Below the pieces are notes generated by a model. The model saw only the letters and a program-made list of their open reading frames with translations. It had not been told where the DNA came from and did no database searches. This document shows positions 56,907 through 64,000 of a DNA stretch of 64,000 bases, piece by piece; positions within the stretch are counted from its first letter, which is position 1; every line of letters begins with the position of its first letter. The translations under genes and the position numbers were made by a program. The stretch covers positions 752 through 64,751 of the forward strand of contig CAYGAW010000109.1 of NCBI GenBank assembly GCA_964347945.1. Reading direction: 5' to 3'. This stretch comes from an uncultured Anaerolineales bacterium (GTDB lineage: Bacteria; Chloroflexota; Anaerolineae; UBA7937; B3-Chlor).

Positions 56907-57018
56907 TGTAGAATTTTTTGTCTAGATGAGCGCGGACCGGCAGCCGGACAGGGGCGCGCTGGTTCGCTCAAAAGAGATCGGGCTCCCCGGGTGAGAGATC
57001 GGTAAGGAGGCGTACAAG

Positions 57019-57996
57019 ATGGCTTTGCTGGAAGTCAAGGATTTGAGCACGAGATTCTACACCGACGACGGTGTGGTGCAAGCCGTCAATGGAGTGTCCT
57101 GGGAGGTGAGCGAGGGTGAGACCTTGGGCATCGTGGGTGAGAGCGGGTGCGGCAAGAGCGTGAGCGTGCTCTCCGTCCTGCGTTTGATCCCACAGCCGCC
57201 AGGCAAGATCGAGAGCGGTGAGGTCATGTTCGAGGACAGGGACCTCATGAAGCTAAGCGATGACGAGATGCGCTCCATCCGGGGCAACAAGATGGCGATG
57301 GTCTTCCAGGATCCCATGACATCCTTGAACCCTGTTCTCACCATCAATCAGCAGATCAGTGAGGCGCTGATGTTGCACTTGGGCATGAACAAGAAGGAGG
57401 CCCGGGAGCGCACTGCAGAGCTGCTGAAACTTGTGCAGATACCTCAGGCTGAGGACCGAGTGGATGATTATCCTCATCAATTCAGCGGAGGAATGAGGCA
57501 GCGCGCCATGATCGCCATGGCACTCTCCTGCAGTCCCCAGATCCTCATCGCCGACGAGCCAACCACCGCTCTGGACGTGACCATTCAGGCGCAGATCATT
57601 GAGTTGGTCAAGGAGCTGAGAGACGAGATCGGCATGGCTATCATCTGGATCACCCATGATTTGGGGATTATTGCGGGTATAGCGGATAGGGTAGAGGTCA
57701 TGTACGCCGGGTACATCATCGAGTCAGCGGATGTCAAAGACCTTTATGGGGATCCGCGCCATCCTTACACGCTTGGCCTGCTGGGGTCTGTGCCTCGCCT
57801 GGACCTTGGGAAGAAGAAGAAACTAACGCCCATCTTTGGACTGCCACCGGATCTCATCGATCTACCGTCTGGCTGCCCGTTTGCTGCTCGCTGCGACTAT
57901 CGAATCGATGATTGTGTCGGGCGTCCTGAACTAAGGCTCATAGCTCCGGGACATGAGGTGGCGTGCTGGGTAGACATCACGAAGGAGAGGAAGTAG
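57019..57996 (+). CDS. Second OppD/DppD-type ABC ATPase (close paralogue of the preceding gene)
   Basis: The same motif set. Long collinear identity with the preceding gene (e.g. [53 protein letters not shown]). Confidence 0.88.
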   Translation: MALLEVKDLSTRFYTDDGVVQAVNGVSWEVSEGETLGIVGESGCGKSVSVLSVLRLIPQPPGKIESGEVMFEDRDLMKLSDDEMRSIRGNKMAMVFQDPMTSLNPVLTINQQISEALMLHLGMNKKEARERTAELLKLVQIPQAEDRVDDYPHQFSGGMRQRAMIAMALSCSPQILIADEPTTALDVTIQAQIIELVKELRDEIGMAIIWITHDLGIIAGIADRVEVMYAGYIIESADVKDLYGDPRHPYTLGLLGSVPRLDLGKKKKLTPIFGLPPDLIDLPSGCPFAARCDYRIDDCVGRPELRLIAPGHEVACWVDITKERK

Positions 57997-57998
57997 CG

Positions 57999-58982
57999 AT
58001 GGCTGCGCACAACAACATCTTGCTCGAAGTCAAGAACCTGAAGATGTACTTCCCCATCAAGCGGGGCGTCTTCCAGCGGAGGGTGGGCGACATCAAGGCG
58101 GTCGACGATGTGAGTTTCTTCATTAGACGAGGAGAGACCTTTGGACTCGTCGGTGAGAGCGGCTGCGGCAAGACGACTGTGGGGCGATGCATACTCCAGC
58201 TCTATCGTCCAACTGGCGGTGAGGTCGTGTTCGAGGGCGAAGACCTCACGAAACTGAAGGGGCAGAAGCTGCGGTCCATGCGGCGCGAGATGCAGATGAT
58301 ATTTCAGGACCCATACGCGTCTTTGAACCCTCGGATGACCGTCGGTAGCATCATCGGTGAGCCTCTGGAGGTGCACGGCACAGCCAAAGGCAAGCGGAAG
58401 AGAGAGCGTGTACAGGAGCTGCTGAGGGTGGTCGGGCTGAACCCCTATTTCGTCAATCGCTATCCGCACGAGTTCAGCGGCGGACAGCGACAGCGCATCG
58501 GGGTAGCGAGAGCTCTCGCACTAAACCCCACTTTCATCGTTGCTGATGAGCCCATCTCGGCGTTGGACGTTTCCATTCAGGCGCAGATCATCAACATGTT
58601 GGAGGAGCTGCAGGATGAGCTGGGCCTGACCTTCCTGTTCATCGCCCATGACCTGAGCGTGGTCCGGCACATCAGCGACCGCATTGCCGTAATGTACTTG
58701 GGAAAGATCTTCGAGATCGCGGACCGAGCCGAGTTGTACGACAATCCCCTGCAACCCTACACTCAGTCGCTTCTATCAGCCGTTCCCATCCCCGACCCGG
58801 TCGTGGAGGAGACCAGGAAGAGGATAATCCTTGTCGGTGATGTACCGAGCCCCGCGAATCCGCCCGCTGGCTGCAACTTCGTCACCCGCTGCCCCGTGAA
58901 GATGGACATTTGTGAGGAGCAGGAGCCAGAGTTCAAGGAGGCCTCCCACGACCATTGGGTTGCCTGCTGGCGGGTGGGCTGA
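57999..58982 (+). CDS. OppF/DppF-type ABC ATPase
   Basis: [36 protein letters not shown], and the C-terminal Cys cluster. Internal ATG with GAAGGAG RBS, 2 nt after the previous stop. Confidence 0.88.
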   Translation: MAAHNNILLEVKNLKMYFPIKRGVFQRRVGDIKAVDDVSFFIRRGETFGLVGESGCGKTTVGRCILQLYRPTGGEVVFEGEDLTKLKGQKLRSMRREMQMIFQDPYASLNPRMTVGSIIGEPLEVHGTAKGKRKRERVQELLRVVGLNPYFVNRYPHEFSGGQRQRIGVARALALNPTFIVADEPISALDVSIQAQIINMLEELQDELGLTFLFIAHDLSVVRHISDRIAVMYLGKIFEIADRAELYDNPLQPYTQSLLSAVPIPDPVVEETRKRIILVGDVPSPANPPAGCNFVTRCPVKMDICEEQEPEFKEASHDHWVACWRVG

Positions 58983-59095
58983 CAAGGGCCTGAACCTGCG
59001 GGGCACGAAGCTGGTATATCAATAGGTTAGACGCAGTACCGGCTTGCCGCATGCAAGCGACGAGCTGTTGACTACATCACCGAAAGGTTCCTGAC

Positions 59096-60142
59096 TTGAT
59101 TCAATACGTGCTCCGACGGTTGCTTGTCCTGCCTCTGATCATTCTCCTCGTTACGATCATCCTCTTCTCCCTCATGTGGCGGCTTCCCGTGGAAATGCGC
59201 GCCCAACTGTACGTGCCGGCCACGAACAAGTTCCTCTTGCCAGATGAAGAGGCCGCACTCGTCGAGAGGGCCATCCGTATCTATGGTCTTGACAGGCCGT
59301 GGCCCGTCCAGTATGTGAATTGGCTCAAGCTCCTGGTCACCGGAGACTGGGGGTATTCAGCCAGTTGGCAGCAACCTGTGCTAGAGGGGCTACTGCAGCG
59401 CACGCCAGCCACACTCGAATTGGCGCTATTCGCTGTCGTGCCCTCAGTGGCCTTGGCCCTCGCTCTCGGTGCGTTCGCCTCCAGGCACCGGAATCGAGTC
59501 CCTGATCATCTGATCAGGGGCGCCACATTCTTAGGGTGGGCTCTTCCTTCCTTCATCCTGGGACTGATTCTGATGAACGTCTTCTACGCGTGGCTTGGCT
59601 GGTTCCCCCCCGAGCGTCTGAGCATCTGGGCGGGGCCCATTGTCTACTCCGAGGAGTTTCACGTCTACACGGGTATGCACACGGTGGACGCGCTGCTCAA
59701 TCTCGACCTCAGGATATTCTGGGACGCCGTCCGGCACCTCGTGTTGCCGGCGTTCAGCCTCGGGCTTGCGGTGTGGGCTCTACTGACGCGGATCATGCGT
59801 TCCTCCATGCTCGACTCTCTCCACCAAGACTACATCACCACGGCTCGAAGCAAGGGCGTTCCAGAGAGGAGGGTGGTCAATCTTCACGCGCGCCGCAATG
59901 CTGTGCTGCCAGTGATCTCCGCCGGCGGAGTGGCGGCTTCCATGCTTGTCAGTGGCATAGTGGTGGTCGAAAGTGTCTTCAACATCAATGGCATCGGGCG
60001 TGCAGCGGCGAATGCTATGCTGTTCACCGACGTACCGGTAGCGGTGGGCTTCGCCGTCTTCACGTGCATAGTCACCGTCCTGGCTAGCCTTATCGCTGAT
60101 CTGTTGTATGCCTTCGCTGATCCTCGAATCAGGCTCTACTGA
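59096..60142 (+). CDS. ABC transporter permease (OppB/DppB type)
   Basis: 6 TM helices and the N-terminal MIQYVLRRLLVLPLIILLV pattern of OppB-type permeases. 348 aa. Confidence 0.85.
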   Translation: MIQYVLRRLLVLPLIILLVTIILFSLMWRLPVEMRAQLYVPATNKFLLPDEEAALVERAIRIYGLDRPWPVQYVNWLKLLVTGDWGYSASWQQPVLEGLLQRTPATLELALFAVVPSVALALALGAFASRHRNRVPDHLIRGATFLGWALPSFILGLILMNVFYAWLGWFPPERLSIWAGPIVYSEEFHVYTGMHTVDALLNLDLRIFWDAVRHLVLPAFSLGLAVWALLTRIMRSSMLDSLHQDYITTARSKGVPERRVVNLHARRNAVLPVISAGGVAASMLVSGIVVVESVFNINGIGRAAANAMLFTDVPVAVGFAVFTCIVTVLASLIADLLYAFADPRIRLY

Positions 60143-60162
60143 GAACGCACGCTGGCGAGTGA

Positions 60163-61587
60163 ATGGCAAGACACTACAGTAGGAAGTACAACGAAATCCG
60201 TCAGTCGCTGGCTCATCTGGACGTACACTACCATTCCTTGAGACTGTTGGGGCAGAAACTACTGTCCGAGTCTAGTACTTCGGTAGGGGCGTCTTCTGGG
60301 GCCCTCTACGCACGAACTCTTCAGCTTGGCAAAGAGTGCTCGCTGATCCTCCAGCTCCTGAACCGGCAACTGGACCCCGAGGATGTCGACCTGTGCGCGT
60401 CCACACTGAACGGTGTTGACCTGGCTCTGAACAAGGCGTCTCAGATGCCAGGAGCCACTTTGTACACAGTGAACGTGTGGCGCGTCATAACCGCCGTCGG
60501 GGAGTTCTTGGCCGTGATCTCCGGCAAGTATGGATATCAGACCCTGTCGGAAAGCGCGACACTGGAGCAGGCCGGCGTGCGCGAGGCAAGAGTTGGGAAA
60601 GCAGCCTCATCCGTCCAAGCCGAAGGGCGCCTCGTAGCACCAAAGCTGCCCGCCATCAAGCCACTGGCTCTGCCCACTTTCCGCGGCGTCCCGCGCTGGA
60701 GGGTGAGACGTTTGCTCAATCCGGGGCTGGTCTTAGGGGCGTTAATCGTAATGGCCTTCGTGCTTGTGGCTCTCGGTGCTCCCGTCATCGCTCCGCCCGA
60801 GGGAGAGGACCCGTACTGGATTCCCCAGGACGGCTACAGCATACAGCCGCGACCACCCAGGCCCGGACACCCTCTGGGCACTATAGAGCGCAGCTATGAT
60901 GTGTTCTACGGGCTTGTCTGGGGTACACGAGTGGCCTTCAGGATCGGGCTCTCGGTCACTTTGGGGCGGGCACTCATCGGAGTTCTTCTGGGCCTCATAG
61001 GCGGCTACTATGGTGGACTCTTCGATGCTCTCGTGATGCGCATTACCGATGCCTTTATGGCCTTCCCCATAGTGCCAGCGACGCTTCTGATGCTGACCTT
61101 TTTCGGCCCCACCCGGTGGGCCACGCGGGCCAGCACGACTGCGGTGAACTCTATCATAGTCCTGTCGCTGATTCTCTTCGGCTGGATGCAGTATGCCAGG
61201 CTTGTGCGTGGCAACGTGCTGGCAGAACGAGCGAAGCAATACGTCGAGGCCGCCGTAGCCGTCGGGGCGAGAGGCCCGCGCATCATCTTCCGACACGTGT
61301 TGCCCAATGTGCCTCAGGGTCTGTTTGTGATGATCGCGTCGGACGTCGGGGCCATGGTTGTGTTGGCTGCCGTGTTCACTTTCCTTGGCCTCGCCGGACG
61401 GCCGGGCTTGGCCGACTGGGGATCGATGCTCAACATCAGCCGCAATTGGATCATCGGGACCCCGTCCAGTGCCTTCGAGTACTGGTACACCTACTTGCCG
61501 CCCATCGCAACCATCGTGCTCTTTTCGGTGGGGTGGAATCTGGTAGGAGATGGCCTGCGGGATGTGTTCGATCCCCGACTGCGGTAG
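60163..61587 (+). CDS. ABC transporter permease (OppC/DppC type) with a ~170-aa non-membrane N-terminal extension
   Basis: The OppC core starts near RWRVRRLLNPGLVLGALIVMAFVLVALGAPVIAPP and carries the EAA-loop region (ERAKQYVEAAVAVGA). The preceding 170 codons are open in frame from an ATG 20 nt after the oppB-like stop. Whether they are translated is unproven. Confidence 0.7.
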   Translation: MARHYSRKYNEIRQSLAHLDVHYHSLRLLGQKLLSESSTSVGASSGALYARTLQLGKECSLILQLLNRQLDPEDVDLCASTLNGVDLALNKASQMPGATLYTVNVWRVITAVGEFLAVISGKYGYQTLSESATLEQAGVREARVGKAASSVQAEGRLVAPKLPAIKPLALPTFRGVPRWRVRRLLNPGLVLGALIVMAFVLVALGAPVIAPPEGEDPYWIPQDGYSIQPRPPRPGHPLGTIERSYDVFYGLVWGTRVAFRIGLSVTLGRALIGVLLGLIGGYYGGLFDALVMRITDAFMAFPIVPATLLMLTFFGPTRWATRASTTAVNSIIVLSLILFGWMQYARLVRGNVLAERAKQYVEAAVAVGARGPRIIFRHVLPNVPQGLFVMIASDVGAMVVLAAVFTFLGLAGRPGLADWGSMLNISRNWIIGTPSSAFEYWYTYLPPIATIVLFSVGWNLVGDGLRDVFDPRLR

Positions 61588-61799
61588 TTCTCCCAGTCCC
61601 CTCAGCTCAGCGCCGAGACAGACACACTCTTGTGCATTAGGTGCGAAGCCGCGGAGGTGCGAGCCTCGCGATTCACGGCGACTTTGCCGGTGAGGGGTCT
61701 CGGCGTCAGATGTGCCAGCGACGGGCATTGGGCATAGGTAGGATGGCGAGTGCCATCTATACTCGGCAGGGTTTGATGGTTCACCTTGGCTAAGGAGAA

Positions 61800-64000
61800 A
61801 TGATTAGACTACAGGTTGAAGAGGGGAAGCTATCGTTCTTTCTGCTCCTGATCATATTGCTCAGCATAGCCTGGAGCATCCAGTTGGCTGGCTGGGTAGA
61901 GGGGCTGTGGGTAGTGGAGTGGACGGTGCTGGGGGGCCTGGCTACAGGCTTCCTGATGACTAGGACCAGGTGGCCCAGATTGTTGAGGCACCTGGTCAGC
62001 GTTCTCGTTGCAGTAGTGCTCATCTTCGCTGCAATGGCGAGATTCGTCGGTCCAGGCCTGAGTTGGAGAGATGGTGTCTCGCTTCTGGCCTACCAGTTTG
62101 ATGCCTGGCTGAGGATAGTGGCGGCTGGAGAGCCAGGCACCGACCCTGCGATGTTCGTGCTGCTGATCACACTCCTGGGATGGTGGCTGGCATATGTCTC
62201 CGCCTGGATGATCTTCGGCACCCACAAGGTTTGGCAGGCCTTGGCCTTGACCGGAGGAGCCATGCTGCTGATCGTCTACGGCAGTTCTTCCAAGGTCGTA
62301 CCGTTCTTCGTTCTGTACCTCTTTTCCGCCTTGCTTCTGGCGGTCAGGATGTATGTCTATGCTCAGGAGCAGTCGTGGGATGTCCAGAATGCCCACCACG
62401 ATCGGGATATCGGGCTGTACTTCTTGCGGGACGGAGGCCTTCTGGTGGCTGTCGTCCTGGCAGCCGTTTGGCTGGTCCCGCTGCTATCGTCGAGTACCCT
62501 GCTGTCCGACCTTTGGGCACGAGTCGAAGGACCGTGGCAGGTGGTGGGCGACGAGTGGAATCGGGTTTTCTCGGGCTTGCGAGGCTACAGACAGGACTAC
62601 GCGAATATCCCCTTTGGTCGGCAGTTGGCCCTCGGCGGACCGGTCGACTTGGGTGAAGAGACAGTGATGTGGGTGGATAGCGAGGTTGGACGGTACTGGC
62701 GTGGAGCAGTCTATGACAGATATGACGGGAGCGGCTGGGAGAACACAGACACGCTGGAGGCCATGATCCCCGCAGACAGATATCTTCCCATCGAGGGTGA
62801 GTACGAGCTGCGTCGCCTGGTCAAGCAAACCGTTGTGCCGAATTGGTCAGGCTATGGACAGATATTCGGACTGGGGCAACCAGTGGACGTTGACGTACCG
62901 CTGGAGGTTCGATACAGCTTCGCCGACGCCGCAGGAGCCGATCGGCCGGATCCATTCTCAGCTCCAGCTTCGGTCTCCCTCATCAGGAGCGGCGTGCCTC
63001 TCACCCGTGATCGGCCGTACACCATTATCTCTTCGGCCTCCGTGGCCGATGTGGAGAGTCTCAGTGAGGCGGGCAACGAGTATCCCGACTGGATCACGAG
63101 TCGATACCTTCGGCTTCCGTCCGACCTGCCTGAGCGGATAGGTGAACTCGCTGCTGATATTGCTGATCCTCACGACAACGTCTACGACAAGGCGGTCGCC
63201 ATTCAGGATTACTTGCGCCGGACGATTGAGTACAACGAGAGCATAGAGCCTCCGCCTCGCAACCGTGATGCGATTGACTATCTACTCTTCGACAGTCGTG
63301 AGGGCTACTGCAACTACTATGCGTCCGCCATGGTGGTGATGGCCCGCACGGTGGGCATTCCGTCACGGCTAGCCGTGGGCTACGGAAGGGGCGAGTTTGA
63401 CGATGAGACCGGACTGTATGCGGTGCTCGAGCGCGATGCCCACGCCTGGGTAGAGGTGTACTTCCCTCAGTATGGTTGGGTAGAGTTCGAACCAACGGCC
63501 AGTGAGCAGCCAATTCCCCGGCCAGGGCGCACTGAGGAGCAGCTACCCGAGAGGCCCGGTGGCGATGTGGACTCTCAGCTGGAGCGTGATCTGGATAGAC
63601 TTCGGGCCGAAGAAGAGGAGATCGGCGGGCCGGCTATCACAAGCACAGTCCAGAGGGGGTCTTCCTCCCTTGCGCCAATCCTTGCTGGGATAGCCGTGGT
63701 GGTTTCGGCGGCGGCAGCGATTGTGTGGTTCGTGAGAAGGTGGACACCAGAAGGAGCCTCCTACGTGGGCAGAATCTATGGACGGATGTGCCAGTACGCT
63801 CGGTTCATGGGAGTGGGGGCAGAAGCGTCTCAGACTCCATACGAGTATGCTTCGGTACTGGGAGAGAGCATGCCGTCGGGCGCTCCCATGGTCGAGCACA
63901 TCGCCACTCTGTACGTGCAGGATCGATTCGCTCCTCACGGCGTAGACCTTGTGGGGGAACAGGAGGCAGATGGAGCCTGGAGGAAGCTGCGACCTCTGAT
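61800..64000 (+). CDS. TgpA-like transglutaminase-domain membrane protein (DUF3488 - transglutaminase core - DUF4129-like), 3' partial at window end
   Basis: The frame is open from ATG 61800 to the window end. It has N-terminal multi-TM helices, a Cys-His-Asp transglutaminase core (GYCNYYASAMVVMARTVGIPSRLAVGY ... DAHAWVEVYFPQYGWVEFEPT), and a late TM helix. The track did not list it because it has no stop in the window. Confidence 0.85.
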   Translation, partial: MIRLQVEEGKLSFFLLLIILLSIAWSIQLAGWVEGLWVVEWTVLGGLATGFLMTRTRWPRLLRHLVSVLVAVVLIFAAMARFVGPGLSWRDGVSLLAYQFDAWLRIVAAGEPGTDPAMFVLLITLLGWWLAYVSAWMIFGTHKVWQALALTGGAMLLIVYGSSSKVVPFFVLYLFSALLLAVRMYVYAQEQSWDVQNAHHDRDIGLYFLRDGGLLVAVVLAAVWLVPLLSSSTLLSDLWARVEGPWQVVGDEWNRVFSGLRGYRQDYANIPFGRQLALGGPVDLGEETVMWVDSEVGRYWRGAVYDRYDGSGWENTDTLEAMIPADRYLPIEGEYELRRLVKQTVVPNWSGYGQIFGLGQPVDVDVPLEVRYSFADAAGADRPDPFSAPASVSLIRSGVPLTRDRPYTIISSASVADVESLSEAGNEYPDWITSRYLRLPSDLPERIGELAADIADPHDNVYDKAVAIQDYLRRTIEYNESIEPPPRNRDAIDYLLFDSREGYCNYYASAMVVMARTVGIPSRLAVGYGRGEFDDETGLYAVLERDAHAWVEVYFPQYGWVEFEPTASEQPIPRPGRTEEQLPERPGGDVDSQLERDLDRLRAEEEEIGGPAITSTVQRGSSSLAPILAGIAVVVSAAAAIVWFVRRWTPEGASYVGRIYGRMCQYARFMGVGAEASQTPYEYASVLGESMPSGAPMVEHIATLYVQDRFAPHGVDLVGEQEADGAWRKLRPL

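Noticed and set aside
1-64000. Mobile elements, prophage or defence islands
   Set aside because: No integrase, transposase, recombinase, terminal inverted repeats, or restriction-modification, abortive-infection or toxin-antitoxin signatures were recognised. The window looks like core chromosome with a few lineage-specific insertions.

Overview
This is a high-GC (about 60%), densely coding bacterial chromosomal window. No tRNA or rRNA genes, CRISPR arrays, transposases or integrases were detected. Gene content and protein styles suggest a Chloroflexota-like organism (acidic C-terminal tails on NusA and S2, CooC, GYD and archease proteins); this is inference only. The layout is as follows. (1) era is followed by a Cys-rich DUF3795-like gene and an HD-domain gene. 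(2) A long co-directional minus-strand block runs nusA-ylxR-infB-rbfA-nrnA-truB-ribF and continues directly into archease, a GYD-domain gene and rtcB. (3) proS stands alone. (4) A beta-oxidation-like operon carries two thiolases, an SDR, an ACAD and an acyl-CoA carboxyltransferase, ending in an RNase HI gene. (5) A ~1180-aa hybrid histidine kinase (about five GAF domains, PAS, kinase core, REC) lies near a DUF1992/YhdN-like gene, an HTH-REC regulator and amt. (6) A tight LmbE-ThpR-SLOG(TIGR00725)-PRTase operon. (7) A nickel/cobalt locus: osmC, cooC, cooC, a Fur-family (Nur-like) regulator and an ECF-type CbiM/PDGLE/CbiQ/CbiO importer. (8) The conserved rpsB-tsf-pyrH-frr-uppS-cdsA block, followed by an unusual 638-aa multi-TM, GAF-like, HTH protein translationally coupled to a macro-domain protein, then LysM and NUDIX genes. 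(9) gcvH-gcvPA-gcvPB, an ECF sigma factor, and an Opp/Dpp-type ABC system with three ATPases and two permeases but no binding protein. (10) A TgpA-like transglutaminase membrane protein runs off the window end. The most interesting points are: the GYD gene embedded between archease and rtcB; the Nur-box-like palindrome upstream of the Fur-family gene in a CooC/Ni-transporter locus with no Ni-enzyme in the window; the membrane-GAF-HTH plus macro pair where rseP normally sits; a ~490-nt non-coding region with a sigma70-like promoter and hairpins (candidate sRNA); and a YhdN-like gene whose only homology-consistent start is ATC.
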